Assembly (NCBI RefSeq): GCF_009914755.1
Contig: NC_060928.1
Length of the DNA: 64,000 bases
DNA from: the human T2T-CHM13v2.0 reference genome, Homo sapiens
Reading direction: 5' to 3' (one strand)
Below, one piece after another: positions 29,140 through 44,170 of the stretch (its first letter is position 1; the number at the start of each line of letters is the position of its first letter). Under the pieces are notes generated by a model, which worked only from the letters and a program-made list of their open reading frames with translations, was not told where the DNA came from and did not search any database. The translations under genes were made by a program, and so were the position numbers.

Positions 29140-29720
29140 AGCTGACATTTGCTGAGAGCTTACTGTGTGTGAGGCACTGTTCTAAGTACTTCACATGCAT
29201 CTGCTGAGGGAGTGGATTAGTTGGCTTAGCTGCTATAACAAAGTACCATAGTCTGGGCGATTTAAACAACAGACATTTATTTCTTATAGTTCCAGAGGCT
29301 GGGAAGTCTGAGATCAAGGTGCTGACCTATTTAGTTTGTAGTGAGTAATCTCTTCTTGGCTTGCAGAAGGCTGCCTTCTCTTTGTATCCTTATAAGGCAG
29401 GGAGAGAATTATCTATCTTCCACTTCTTGTAAAGCCCACCAATTCCATCATGAAGCTCCCCTCTCTTTGACCATGATCTTATCTAATCCCAGTTGCCTTC
29501 CAAAGCCCCATCTCCAAATACAGTCACGTTGAGGGTTAGGGACTTCAGCAAATCAATTTCAGAGGAGACACAATTTAGTCCATAGAAGGTAGGCAGTCTT
29601 ATTAATCTCGTTTTATAGATGAGGAAACAGAAGCATAGAGAGGTCAAACAATTTGCCCCAAATTACTCAGCTAGTAGGTGAAAGGCCTGGGATTCCAGTC
29701 TGGGCATCCATCTTCAGAGA
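29140..29720 (-). mobile_element. MIR split by a MaLR LTR
   Basis: cttactgtgtgtgaggcactgttctaagtacttcaca before the LTR; ttttatagatgaggaaacagaagc after it. Confidence 0.75.
29212..29587 (-). mobile_element. MaLR solo LTR (MST/MLT1A-like)
   Basis: gctgctataacaaagtaccatag...ttaaacaacagacatttatttct...tttagtccatag. Confidence 0.85.
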
Positions 29721-29906
29721 CCACAGTAGTACCCCCCCTACACTGTCCATGGTGCTTAAAGGGACCCTTGGATATTCCTAAGTTCTAGAGATGCTGGAAC
29801 CTAGACTGTATTCAGTAAATGGTTTCTGAAATAAAACACTTATTTATAAGTCCAGAATCTGAACAACCATGTTTCCTGACTAACCACACCTTGTCCATAT
29901 CTGTAA

Positions 29907-30230
<324 letters not shown>

Positions 30231-31405
30231 TAATTTTTTAATGATGGAAATGTCTGTACATACACAAAGGTAGAGAGAGATAGTATAATAAACCCTTGTG
30301 AATCCATCACCCAGATTTGACAGTTATCAGCATGTGACCAATCTTGTTTCGTGTATATCCCACCCCTGCTGGAGTATTTTAAAGCAAATTCTAGACATTA
30401 TATCATTTTATCTGTAAATTCTCCATTATGTGTCTTATCAGAACAGGACTCTTTTAAAATATAATCACAGTCCTGGTATCACACCTAAAAATAATAATAA
30501 TTCCTTAATATCTAATATCTAGTCAGTGTTCAGATTTTCCTATTTCACAAATGTCCTTTTATAGTCCAATTTTTCTATTTTATAGATGTCTTTTTATAGT
30601 TGCTTTGTTTAAATCACGGTCCAAATAAGTTTCTTACATTGCATTTGGTTGAGATATTTCTTAATTCTCTTTTAATCCATAAACATTGCCTCTCTTTTTT
30701 TTCTTAACATTTGTTGAAGAAACATGGTTATTTGTCCTGTAGAATTTCTTATGTTGTCTTTCCCTACTTTTGGTAGAGGAAGAGTTGCTTTTCATTCCTG
30801 TAAAGTCTAGGAGGGGATAGTAGAACAATTGTGGGCTCTAATATCCCTAAGTGGAACCGCTGGCCACTGGGAAGCAGAGAGAGACAAAAACCAGCTTGAG
30901 AATCCCAGTGCACTATGTGAGGACCTTTTTCTGTGATGCTGAGTGTATATTTAATGATATGCTTTAATTTTTTGAAAACATAAGTTTACAGGTGTTCAAA
31001 AAATTAATCTCCTTTAACCAGAATATCATTTAATTAGAAATATCCAACGTTATGTTCATTCTAAAAAGCTAGGTTTGGGGAATGGATACTTTCATAGTAA
31101 AGAAGATGTTGTGTGATACTTTGGGACCATGTGACTATCTTTGTCCCCATGTAAAAATCACTTTCACCCAGTGACTTTTGCATCCACTGATGATTCTTGC
31201 CTAAATGAGTTATGACCTGAGGATTGCAAAATGTTGATTTTTTTAAATTGTATTGTTTCTTCTACATTTATTAGCTAGTATTCTCCTGTAAAGAAAAGTC
31301 TTTGGTATTTTTCTCCCCTTGCTTTTATTTGCCCTCTGATTACCCTGCCTCTTTTTCTTTCATCATTTTATACTCATGGATTTTAAATTTTTTTATTAAA
31401 AACAA

Positions 31406-31704
31406 TTTTTTTTTTAGAGACAGGGTCTTGCCCTGTCACCCAGGCTGCAATGGTGCAGATGGTGCAAATGGTGCATGGCTCACTGCATCCTCAACCTCCT
31501 GGGCTCTAGCAGTCCTCCCACCTCAGCCTTCTGAGTAGCTAAGACTACAGGCATGTGCCACTATGCCTGGCTTATTTTATTTTTTTGTGGAGATGGGATC
31601 TTACTGTGTTGTCCAGGTTCGTCTTGCATTCTTAGCCTCAAGTGATCCTCCTGCCTTGGCCTCCCAAAGTGTTGGGATTACAGGTGTGAGCCACTGCGCC
31701 TGAC
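31406..31704 (-). mobile_element. AluJ with internal short tandem triplication
   Basis: Antisense dimer with three copies of atggtgca at 31450-31475. Confidence 0.92.
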
Positions 31705-31731
31705 TGGATTTAAAATTTTTAATGTTTATAA

Positions 31732-32153
<422 letters not shown>

Positions 32154-32601
32154 TGAGCACTTCCTTACTTTTTAGCCTAATAACGTATGCCAGGCTACCT
32201 CGTATCTTTCCTGCCCCACACCAAAACTCAGCCATATCTTTAAGGATTTCCACCTTTTAGTGGGGAACAGTATTTAGAAACCAAGATCTGGGCACTAGGT
32301 GTACTCTTCGCTTACTTCTATGGCTGTTTATATGTGGTCCTAAGTCTCCAGCTGAGAGTGGAATGCACGTATCAGGCCCTTCAACTTTGCTTAGACAACC
32401 CCTTAATCTCTTACAGATCATTTAGGCTTGTTGAAGGTTGAATGAACTGTATTTTTAGTTTCTCCATTCTCTAAGGATAACAATTTGTAGGCTTTTTCCT
32501 CTTCTAATTGACTTAGAATTTCACCTGCACTGTTGTTAGCTAAAGAATCTTAGAACTGTAGACTCTCCAGTTTATATCTTTGTACTTTGAAATTGTTTTA
32601 A

Positions 32602-32740
32602 CCAGTAGTTCTTTACTAATTTTGAGTCTTAGCCCATTTTGAAAATCTGATGAAAGTAGATTGTAGACCTAGAAAAATGCTTGTACACCAAAAATTTTTA
32701 CATACAATTTTATTGGGTTCTTCGACTTCTAAAGCCCAGT
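32602..32740. mobile_element. hAT-Charlie-type fossil
   Basis: cagtagttct...ccattttgaaaatctgatgaaag...ttttacatacaattt. Confidence 0.5.
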
Positions 32741-32934
32741 TATCTCTATGAAATCAAAATATTATGATCCCACTTGTGTTCTAACCCTATTATTTTATAT
32801 ATAAGGAAGCTTGGGATCCATGAGAGTTGGGGTGACTAGCAGAAACAAGACTAGCATCTAGGGCTGGTTGGGTTTGTTTTTTGTTACTGTTTGTTTGTTT
32901 TCTATTCTCATGAAAAAGAATTGGTTTGCTCTCC

Positions 32935-33312
32935 TGCTATGCTTTGAATGTTTGTATCCCTTCCAAAATTTATAGGTTAAAACTTAATCCCCAATGTGAC
33001 AGTGTTGGGAGATGGGGCCTTTTTGGGAGATGTTTATGGAACTTGGGAGGCGGAGCCCTCATGAGTAGGTTAGGTGCTCTTATGAAAGGGCTTGATGGAG
33101 GGAATAAGCTCTCTCTTGCCCTTCTGCCTCCTGCCATATGAGGACATGGTGTTTCTCCCCTCTGGAGGACACAGCAGGAGGGCCCTTGTCAGATGCTAGT
33201 GCCTTGATCTTGGACTTCCCAGCCTCTAGATCTGTGAGAAAATAAATTTTTGTTTCTTATATATTACTCTATCTCAGATATTCTGTTAAAGCAGCACAAA
33301 CAGACTAAGACA
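32935..33312 (+). mobile_element. MaLR solo LTR (MSTC/D-like)
   Basis: tgctatg.tttgaatgtttg start; gcagcacaaacagactaagaca end. Confidence 0.88.
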
Positions 33313-34647
33313 CCCTCATTTATATCTCTGCATAAGCTCTGGAATTTAGGGAGAAAAATAACTTTAGTAGAAAGAATAGCCTGTAGAGGAAAGAGAGGAG
33401 TGCATTTTTTCTTTTTTTAAGAACAAGAGTTCATAGAAGCAGGGTAACTGAGTTTTCCAGTTTAAAAAGGATAAATTTTTTTGTTACTGAAATTATGTTT
33501 CCTAGAATTCCTTCTTCTCTCTTCTTCTGCCTTAATATTTAACTTCAAAGGTGGCTGATACTTTTGGAGGCAGAGGCCAAAGATAATGTTTTGGGAAGGT
33601 AATAGATTATAGAATTTTCTACCTGTGAACAAGAGCATCCTCTGTTGTATAGCACCTATTTCCCTAGGGTCTCATGAGATAGATGTCTGGGTGTGCATGG
33701 CTGGTGTTGTGAAATGCTGTCAGAGGTCATTCTCAGTTGTCACTGAGCCATATGCAGTTCTTTAGGATTGATGTGTGGTTTCCTGCAGAGACCCTGTTAT
33801 TCAGCACACCATTGTGACCTTCAATATGGAAAGCCTCATTAAATCTCGGCCTTGCTCCAGAAAGCCAGAGCCAGCTCCAAGGCAGCACATATGGAAGCTG
33901 TCTGTAGGCTTTGCTTGCACAAAGGGACACTCCTATTGCATTGTCCTTAGTATCACAATGGGTGGAAGGGGAAAATATGACTGTTTTCTCTCTAGAGTTT
34001 TCTTTTAGTGGAAGACATTGATTGAAGTACAGGAAGGCACTAGAATTTGAGCGAAATAAAATGGGAGTCGTCACCATGTCCCCATCATATCAATATTTCC
34101 TGATGTGTGCTTGAATGAATGTGTGTGGGGGTGTGGTCTAGGGAGGGGGCTGAAAGTTTTAAAAAGCTGGGAAAATGTAGTTCTATTAAATGTAACTGAA
34201 CCTGGGAATGATTTTAACCCAAACTGCCTAGATGGAGAGAGTCTATAAAATAATACATGACTTTAATTTAGTGCTTTCCATAGAGCATAAAGTGTCTGCA
34301 AAGCATGACTTAAAGACTTCTGAGAACACGATTGAGAGCTTATGAGGATGAAATGGAGTTCCTCTCTCTCTCTTTGTATGAACAGTAATCCTTAGTCACT
34401 GCGAATTCTGAAATTTTTTTGGCCTGGTGCCTTGTGTTATAGTTAATTTGTGGCTGGGCAGAGCTTTCATTCCATTGTTGTAAATGCTTCTTGACAAGGG
34501 TGACTGGATCCTTTTCTATTATTTTGATTGTTCAAAGTGGAAACACAATTAGGAAGGTGCCTCAATTTTTATTTTTATGAAATTGATGGATAAATGATGT
34601 TCAAATAAGATGTAAATGAAAATACTGCTTAAGAAGTTTCTGTACGT

Positions 34648-34740
34648 AGGAGGCTGAGGAGAGAGGATGCTTTGAGCCCAGGAATTTGACGCCAACCTGG
34701 GTAAGATAGGGAGACCCCCCACCTCAGAAACCAACAAAAG
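34648..34740 (+). mobile_element. Alu monomer fragment
   Basis: ggaggctgagg...gagcccagga...gagacccc. Confidence 0.7.
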
Positions 34741-35079
34741 GAATTTTCTGAACCTCCCGCATAAAATGTTCTTTTCTACATTAAAATAAAAAATCAAAGA
34801 CCATATTCTGTGATAACTGGAAAATCCCTAAAGATAGTTTAAAATCAATAATAAACTTAGCTATATTCACTAATATTGTTTGGGTCAGTAAGAAAAAATA
34901 TTTCTGGGTAAAATTTCTTCAGCAAGTATTTATTCTTTAATAGCCAAGAAGATATATAAACAGTTATTTTTGGGACCTATTTTTAAAAAAACTAATCGTA
35001 CTGTGAAAATGTTTTACCTATTTATAAAACCTTTTTGTTTTTTAATTTAATTTTTATATTATTTAATTTTAAAAATGTC

Positions 35080-35354
35080 TTTGAGACAAGGACTCACTCT
35101 GTCACCCGGGCTGGAGTGTGGTAGCATAATCATGGCCTGCTGCAGCCTCAACCTCCTGGGCTCAAGCAATCCTCCCCCCTCAGCCTCCTGAGTAACTGGG
35201 ACTACAGGCGCATGCCTGGCTAATTTTTAAATTATTTGTAGAGATGGGGGCTCCCTAGGTTGCCCAGGCTGGTCCTGAATTTCTGGGCTCAAGTGATCCT
35301 CTTGTCTCAGCCTCCCAAAGTACTGGGATTACGGGTATGAGCCCCACACCGGCC
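35080..35354 (-). mobile_element. AluJ
   Basis: Antisense dimer. Confidence 0.92.
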
Positions 35355-35634
35355 AAAATTTTTTCTTGTAATTTTCATCAGTGATTGATTCTGAGAACAC
35401 AAAGGCAAAAAGCCTTAGGGCCTCGTGTGAACTGGCTTCTTTGTTGTCTGGATTTAGATTTTCAGTACACAGATTTGCAATGACTTTACAGATTCAGGCT
35501 TTTAAGACCAACTCCCTGGAAACTGTTAACTTCCTCCTTGATGTGCTGCACCGTGGGGCTGCTGCCACCAGGTGGATGCTGGTGCCTAGGTGATGGTCAC
35601 CTGTCCACACTGGAGGGCACTCGATGATGCAGCA

Positions 35635-35880
35635 GTTTAGCACGCTTTTATGGAACTGACCATGCGTCAGGCACTGTGCCCGGCACTAGGGATACAAAGA
35701 TGGATAAGACAGAATCCTGGCCCAGAAAAAGCTTACAGTAGAGAGTGGGAGGCAGATACAAAACCCAGGGATGTGATAGGATTATGCGTACAGTGCTACA
35801 GAAGCACAAAGAAAAAATGTGACCATGGAATGTGTCCTGAAGGGAACTTCTGTCTGAGCTGTACCATGAGGGATGACTGT
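35635..35880 (-). mobile_element. LINE-2 3' fragment
   Basis: caggcactgtgc..ggcactagggatacaaaga..gataagacag...agcttacagt. Confidence 0.7.
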
Positions 35881-35980
35881 GAGTTTGATTCAAGTGAGAA
35901 TAGTCTTGAAGATAATGGATTTCAGCAGAACATAACTTACTTATGCTATATAGCTATGTTTTTCTATAAAGCAGTAACCA

Positions 35981-36260
35981 GGCCAGGCACAATGGCTCAT
36001 ATGTGTAGTCATGGCACTTTGGGAGGCTGAAGCGGACAGACCACTTGAGCTTAGTTTGCGACCAGCTTGGGCAACATGGCGAGACCCCGTCTCTACAAAA
36101 AATACAAAAATTAGCTGGATATGGTGGCACCCACCTGTAGTCCCAGCTACTTGGGAGGCTGAGGTGGGAGGATTGCTTGAGCCCAGGAGGTTGAGGCTAT
36201 AGCAAGCCGTAAACTGTACTTCAGCCTGGTTGACAGAGCAAAACCCTGTCTCAAAAAAAA
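35981..36260 (+). mobile_element. AluJ
   Basis: Dimer with A-tail. Confidence 0.93.
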
Positions 36261-36804
36261 CCCCTAAAAACTGTAACCATAATCTCAACAAATCTAAAAA
36301 TCCTAAATCTCCAATTACTAACGATAACAATTAATGTAATGTATATAGGAAAATAACTTGGAGCAAGATTTAGAAGAATATAAATATTTTAATATATTTA
36401 TCTTCTGATTAATCCTCAGTTGTTATCAAACAATTCTTATTCCAATATTGGCTTAAAACCCTCTTAAAATTACCCTAAATCTTTTAAGATCAAAACTCAG
36501 TGTAACCTTCCTTCCCTATCACTCCTTATCTTTCTATTTTATTTATCCGTTTATCATCTATAATTTCTCTTATTTATCAGAATTAAGGACTTCCAGCTAA
36601 GTTGAAATTTTAAAAAAAGGCTTTGCATTCCAGCTTATCCACTTTATTTGATTTGCTCATCTACTAGTTGGTTAGTACACAATGCTTAGTAATGTCATAG
36701 TTGTTTTTTTTCCTGTTTCTTTTCATGGGACAAAATTGGCTTTCTGCCAACCTTATTTACATTTTCCTTCTATTCCACCCCATGAAGCTGCCTTTTCCTG
36801 GGCA

Positions 36805-36892
36805 CTGTCTCCTTCTCTCTCCCTGTCTTCTCCTCTTCCCACTTCCCCTCTCCACCTCTCCATCTCCCTCTCCCTCTCTCCTTTTTCCTCTG
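36805..36892. repeat. CT-rich polypyrimidine tract
   Basis: About 85 nt almost entirely C/T. Confidence 0.8.
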
Positions 36893-36904
36893 CTTTCAGA
36901 AAAG

Positions 36905-37310
36905 GGTTAGAGATTAGTCATTTGCCACTTCTTGTGGTTCATTTCCTTATATGTAAAATGGAGGCAGTGATGCTTGTCTGACTGCTCATAAGCTTGCTTG
37001 TTATAAGCAGAAAATAAAACATAACCTGGATGAAAAATGCTTTGTGAATCATAAAGCAGAACATATGTTAAATGCATTATTATAGCCTTTTGTCTGTACA
37101 CTAGTATGAATTTAAATCAATATACTGCTATTAATTTAAATTCTTAGGTTCTTAAGTCCCGGTTGAGCTACAACGTGGTATAACCTAGGCTCTGGAGTCT
37201 GGTAGATTGGTCCAAGTCACTTAATGTTTCTAAGACTCTGTTTCCTCATCTCGATTAAGTGCTATAGTATCCATTTTACAAAGTTGTAGAGTTTGAATGG
37301 GTTGACCTAA
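36905..37310 (+). mobile_element. Two MIR fragments
   Basis: ttccttatatgtaaaatggagg; caagtcacttaa...ctctgtttcctcatct. Confidence 0.6.
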
Positions 37311-38039
37311 TGTGCCACAGAATGCCACATTACAGACGATTAAGAGATTATCTTTTCCTTCTTTCCTTCCTTTTTCCAGTGAGAGCCAGAGATTGCTTTT
37401 TGGTCAGGTCATCTAAAGATGTTGCTGAAATCGTATATAGGCAGGCACAAATGGTATCTTCTTTTGCCCATGAAGGTGGAACAATAAAGCTTTAAATGCA
37501 GTTTGATGAGCTCAGGTTTGTACTTGTGTAGTATGGAGCTTTCTATAGGGCCTGCTCTTGTGAACAGCAATCCCAGGGGATTCTGAACATAATGGATCTG
37601 GGGAGACACTGTTCCAAACCTTCCTTTGTGGTCTCTTATTTTATTGAGTAATGCTTTCTTTTAGAGTATTTAATTTTTTTCATGTTGTAGAAGTAATACA
37701 GTCTCATCATAAATGCAGAAACATAATATGGGCAGTGAAAAGATTCTTATAAAGCCTTCCCCCTAAGTTAATACTATTAATACAGTTTGTAGTTCTCTAG
37801 ATTTTAAATGAACATGTCATAATGCATTTATATATGTTAAAATAGTATATATAACAAATACATCATTTATTTTACAAAATTTGGGTTATATTATAAATAT
37901 TGATACTTTGCTTTTCTGATGTAACTATATTTTTGGATCTTTTTCCATGTAAATACATAGAAAACTTCTGTAACATTCAACAACTTTGAGGGAGTTCTAC
38001 ATGATAATAGTGAAGAATATGGCTATACATTCAATTATA

Positions 38040-38328
<289 letters not shown>

Positions 38329-38339
38329 AATAATTTTGT

Positions 38340-38593
38340 TTTCTTTTAAGACAGGGTCTCACTCTATTGCCCAGTCTGGAGTGCAGTGGTGTGATCACGG
38401 CTCACTGCAGCCTCAACCTTCCAGACTCTAGCAGTTCTCCCAACTCTCAGCCTTGCCAGTAGCTGGGGCTACAGGGGTGCACCACCACATTTGGTTAATT
38501 TTTTTGTATTTTTTGTAGGGTTTCACCATATTGCCCAGGCTGGTCTCAAATTCTTGGGCTCAAGTGATCTGCCTGCCTTGACCTCCCAGAGTG
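38340..38593 (-). mobile_element. AluJ, tandem with the previous element
   Basis: Antisense Alu lacking its 5' end. Confidence 0.9.
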
Positions 38594-39908
38594 TTATCTG
38601 TCTTCTCTGTTCTGATTGGCTATATCACAAACTCCACACTTCCTCATATTTCACTTCATCTTGCTTGGTAATGGTTTCTGTATAAATTGACCATACTGTA
38701 AGCTTCTAGAGGGCAGACACATCATTTCCAAAGGACGCAGCATAAGACAGGATGATTAGTAGTCGTGGTAACTTGCTAGACACATATTTATTTTTATTAG
38801 ATGCTCTCCTGAGATTTCTTTTTCTCCCCTCCCGTTCTCATCAATTAGCTAATAGGCCTAAATTTGAGCATCTAAAATAAAAATATATCATATAGTGCTA
38901 CTTAGCTATTGGAGGTAATTCAAAGGACCTCTGTGAGGCCAAGAGGCACCAATTTCTGTTGTGCTGGACAGCAGAGCACTCCAATATCTGACCTATTTTT
39001 TTGCAATAGCAGACAACACAGCAGAAGCTGTTAGAGGTCTGATTGCCCTTGTAGTTTGCACCCTCGCTGAGTCACTATTTCAGAACTCTTTTAGATTGGT
39101 TGGATCCTGTCACCCAGATTTTCTTACGTCTGCAATGTGAAAAACCTGTTTATAAAATTAGAAATTTATTATTTTAAAACAAGAGCAGTCAGTGATGATG
39201 CAAATTGTGTTTTATTTTATTCTTTGTCCTGAACGCACTAAATAGAGTAGTAATATATAGATGTGAAAACTCCAACGGGCAATGTGTAGTGTGGGTAAGG
39301 CAATAATTTTTATCTTTTTAACATTATCTTCAAAGGAAGCATGAATTTGCTGTTGTTGTTTTGATTGTGGTTATTTTGCAATAAATAAGATGGCACTTTG
39401 GTTTTAGAGTTGTCTTCTGCATATCACTGTCTCCCATCAATCAATCAAGCTATCAATTGTCACCCAACAAATATTTAATAAACATGGATTTAAATGTGTA
39501 AGAGAAAGTATTACTCAGTTCAACAATATTTACTGAGCATTTATTCTGTGTCAAGCCCCATGCTAGTGGAAGAGATACACTAGTTAACAAGAAGTGAATG
39601 TCTTTCTTGTCGAACCTACAATCTGCATGAAAACAAACCTTAAACATGAAATTACAAGGACAATTCAGATTAAATGTACATAAAAATTAAGCTGAATTGG
39701 TTGAAACAAGGATATGATTTAGTTCTTTCCCGTAAGGACTTAATAATTTAGTGTCAAAAGATACATATATACATACACATATTTACTCGAATGACAAGTA
39801 GAATAAATACCATGGAAGGGGTACAAAAATACTTTGGGGCAAAGACTAGAAAATGATTAATCAGGGCCTCAGGAATTGTGAAAGACTTCATGAATAAGAA
39901 ATCAGCTT

Positions 39909-40205
39909 GGCGGGGCGGGGTGGCTCACACCTGTAATCCCAGAACTTTGGGAGGCTGAGGTGGGTGATTGCATGAGCCCCGGAGTTCGAGACCAGCTTGG
40001 GCAACATGGCAAAACCCCATCTTCACAAAAAATACATAAATTAGCTGGACGTGGTTGTGCACACCTGTAGTCCCAGCTCCTCGAGAGGCTGAGGTGGGAG
40101 GATCACCTGAGCCCAGGAGGTGAAGGTTGTAGTGAGCCGAGATTCCCACCACTGTACTCTAGCCTGGGTGGCAGTGAGACCCTGTCTCAAAAAGAAAAAA
40201 AAAAA
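39909..40205 (+). mobile_element. AluJ
   Basis: Dimer; flanking aagaaatc repeats. Confidence 0.94.
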
Positions 40206-40990
40206 GAAATCGACTCAGAAGGGTAGACATTTTGGACAGTCAAATAAAGGAAGGAAAAGCATTTTGGATGTTAGTGGCACTAATTAATCATACCCCCCAT
40301 TCCTTCCTGTTGATGGGAGATTAAAATGTATTATCAGTGGTATTGTTGACCAAGCTGGTTGAGGAATGTGGCTTGGACCCAAGACCAAACTGGGGCCTGT
40401 AACATTCCTGCCCTCCCCCGCAATTTCATGTGTCTACACCATTGGAGGCAGAACAGCTGGAGAACTGCATGCTGAGCTCCAGAACGGATGTGCTCTGCTT
40501 CTGGGCAAGCAGCTCTGTCTGAGAGAAGGAACTAGCCAGAGTCTGGGTCATGCACCAACACCAATCTTCTCCCCAAGCATTGTTTATATCTCTTAAAGGG
40601 ACAGGAGGAGATATGAGTAATGATTAGCATGAAAGCTTCTTCCTCAGTATTTCCCTAAGAGAGTAGACTGTGGGCAGAGGTTATTATAGGCAAAGCCAGG
40701 AATTTGGGGAGAAGAATAGAAGAAATCTCACTATAGTAGGTAAGAAAATTAACAATTATAATGAGAAATTGTGTGGTACAAACTAAGAATTCTGTATAGA
40801 TCAGATGTCAGAGAAGAAGGGAGATGAGCAGGTTCTAGAGGGGTCAAGGAAGGCTGATTGCCTGGAGAGAGTAGAACTTGACCTGTATCTATGATTCAGA
40901 TGGAAAGAACAGATTGATACTGGCTTTTTTTTTTTCCCCTAAATAGCAGGTAGTGCCTCAATAGAAAACAAGCTGAGTTATATGCTTTTG

Positions 40991-41287
40991 GGCCGGGCGC
41001 GGTGACTCACGCCTGTAATCCCAGCTCTTTGGGAGCCCGAGGCGGGTGGATTACAAGGTCAAGAGTTCAAGACCAGCCTGGCCAAGATGGTGAAACCCCA
41101 TCTCTACTAAAAATACAAACAAAAATCAACCAGGCCTGGCGGTATGCGCCTGTAATCCCAGCTACTCAGGAGGCTGAGGCAGAGAATTGCTTAAACCTGG
41201 GAGGTGGAGGTTGCAGTGAGCTGAGATTGTGCCACTGCACTCAGCATGGGTGACAGAGTGAGACACTGTCTCAAAAAAATAAACCAA
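40991..41287 (+). mobile_element. AluS (Sg-group) with 26-bp TSD
   Basis: ggccaagatgg and ggcagagaattgc features; identical flanks at 40965-40990 and 41288-41313. Confidence 0.95.
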
Positions 41288-41719
41288 AAAACAAGCTGAG
41301 TTATATGCTTTTGCTAAAAGCCATGTGACAACTCAAGCAGTTTCTTGGAACAGTGCATTATTTGATGAAGATAGGTTGACTTTGGGATTTCCAAAGCAAT
41401 TCCAGGTAAGGGACTAGGCCAGGTGGCATGACAAAGAACAAGGAAATGTCAGATGTCAAGGAAATGTCAAATGTCCATTTTCAGTGCTCCCAGCGTCCTC
41501 CAATTAGTGTTATCAAATACCTGCTCTGTTGTTGCCTGACCTCTTCACATCCATCTGTGTTTTCTGTTAGAAGAAAATGAGTATCTTTATTTGATGGATG
41601 CATGCCAGACTACAAAGACAGACGTCTCATCTTTTAAAACGATGTTGTTGAGTGGGTTGTGAATGAGGAAATGTGGTTGAAGGGATAGTGAACAGTTCCA
41701 CGCGCAGGTAACTTGAAGT

Positions 41720-43090
41720 TTCCTTGAGGTAAAATTGACACAGAATGAACTGCACATATTTAAAAAGTGCAATTTAATGAGATATGACATAGGAATAGAC
41801 CTAAGCTGTACTCTTTGCTCTTTTGAAACTAATAAGGAAACCGTCACCACAATTAATAGAAAGACTATTTCACTCTCCAAAGTGTGTGCATGCTCATTTG
41901 AAACTCATCCCGCCTTCTACTCACACCCTAGAAAACAACTGACATGCTGTCACTATAAATTACTTTGCATTTTATAGAATTTTATGTAAGTGGAGTTATA
42001 CAGTATGTACTCTTTTTTTTTTTGGTGGAGCTTTTTTTCACTCACCATGGTGATTCTGAGATTAATCCCTGTTGTTTTGTATATCAATAGTTTGTTCCTT
42101 TTAATTAGAGTAATATTCTATTATATGGCTATACCATTTTGTTTATTCTTCTGTTGATAGAAATTTAGAATGTTTCCTGTTTTGCTGTTAAAATAAAGTT
42201 GCCATAAACATTCATGTACAAGTCTTTGTCTGGAAATAAGCTTTCATTTCTCTTGGATAAATACGTAGGAGTGAAATGGCTGTGTGTGTGGTAGGTGTAT
42301 GTTTAAGGTTTTAAAAAACTGATAAACTGTTTTCCATAGTGTCTGTGCCATTACACATTCTCACTAGCAGTATATGGAGGTCCGGTTGCTCCACATCCTC
42401 ACCAATAATTGGTATTGTCAGTCTTTTAAATTTGAGCCCTTCTAGTGGGTGTGTCATGGTATCTTTTGTGATTTTAATTTGCATTTGCCTAATGGCTAAT
42501 GATGTTAAACATCTTTTCGTGTACTTGTGTGTTGTATATCTTCTTTGATAAAGTGTCAAGTCTTTTGCCCATTTTCTTACTGGGTGCTTTGATTTTTTAT
42601 TATTGAATTTTAAGAGTTCTTTACATAATCTAGATACAAGCATTTATTGGAAAGATATTTTACAAATATTAATATTTTCTCCCACCTTCTGGCTTGCCTT
42701 TTCATGTTCTTAACTGTATCTTTTGAAGAGAAAAAGCTTTTAATTTTGAAGTCTACTGTATTGATTGTTTCTTTAAGTTTTGTGCTTTTTAAGTCCTATT
42801 AAGATATATTTGCCTAATTCAAGATAACAAAGACTTTCTTCTACATTTTTTCTAGAAGTTTTATAGTTTGAGTTCTTTCATTTAGATCTGTGATCCACTG
42901 CATATTAACTTTTGTGCGCTGTGTGATGTATGGATTGAGCAAGGTTTATTTAATTATTTTCTTATACATATCTTCCATGAATTGCCCTCACACCATTGTC
43001 AAAAATCAATTGGCATACATTTATGGTTCTATTTGGGGATTTTTTGTTCTGTTTCATTCATCTGTAGGTCTGTCTTTACACCAACACCTG
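41720..43090 (-). mobile_element. Old L1M (ORF2 C-terminus plus 3' UTR)
   Basis: Minus ORF 42311-42643 reads KWAKDL...KRCLTSLAIRQMQIK...GEDVEQ...MENS, matching the L1 ORF2p C-terminal region. Confidence 0.9.
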
Positions 43091-43094
43091 TTAC

Positions 43095-43372
43095 AATGAC
43101 TATGATGTCACCAGGCAATAGAAATTTTTCAGCTCACATCAGGCATGTGGTAGTGCATGCCTGTAATCTCGATGACTTGAGCCCCAGAAGGTCAAGGTTG
43201 CGGTGAGCTGGAATCATGCTACTGCACTCCAGGCTGGGCAACAGAGGGAGACCCTGCTTCAAAGAAAAAAAAAAAGAAAAGAAAATTTTCAGCTCCATCA
43301 TTATCTTATGGGACCACCATCGTATATGCAGTCTCTTGTTGACCAAAACATTGTTATGCGGCTCATGAGTAT
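43095..43372. mobile_element. Tigger3/Golem-type DNA transposon end, split by an Alu fragment
   Basis: aatttttcagctcca..atcttatgggaccaccatcgtatatgcagtc...gttgaccaaaacattgttatgcggctcatga terminal sequence. Confidence 0.8.
43140..43280 (+). mobile_element. Alu right-arm fragment with internal deletion
   Basis: Flanked by gaaatttttcagctc and gaaaattttcagctc. Confidence 0.85.
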
Positions 43373-43618
43373 AAATGTATAAAGCAAAAATAGTAACAAT
43401 AAATTATAGGATTTATAACCAAAAGTCTTCTAGAAGTAAAATGTATGACAACAGTGGACGAGGGGCATTCCCAGGGCTCACCTCCTTTATCTCTCTTCTC
43501 TCAGGGGTCACTGCCCTACACACTGTTGTCTAGTGCCTAAAAACATTGCTTCAGATATTTTGTCCAATTTTTAAGTTTAAGTTGAGAAGACAAATCTGGT
43601 ATCTCTCTTACTTCATTA

Positions 43619-43865
<247 letters not shown>

Positions 43866-44170
43866 AGAGAATGTTGTTATTATATTTCAGATACTCTGAT
43901 TTTCTGGATTTAAGGGTAAGGATAAGGAAGTGGGTAAGGCCCTTATCTTCACTTTATTGGATAGCTTTTGCATTAATACACCTTAGCTCCTGAAAGCCTT
44001 TTCTTTGGTTATACCTTTTAGAGGTTTAGACATGCTAGTGTAAAAGTGACATTGACCAACCCCCCCACCCACTCTCCTACCTTGGTGACTTTCTCTGAGA
44101 TTGTGATTCAGAGATTTAAATGATTGAAACAGGAGATAGATGGGATGATAAAAGGGATAATATTAAATCT

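Noticed and set aside
37350-37520. Strong splice acceptor tttttccag at 37379
   Set aside because: The downstream donors are mediocre and there is no coding signal; such sites are common in introns.
39190-39240. gtgatga...ctga resembling C/D box snoRNA motifs
   Set aside because: The boxes are only about 40 nt apart with low-complexity spacing and no proper terminal stem.
41439-41474. 18-bp two-copy tandem repeat
   Set aside because: An ordinary slippage duplication, not an array.
42311-42643. ORF with protein-like sequence
   Set aside because: It is a degenerate L1 ORF2p C-terminal remnant, not a host gene.
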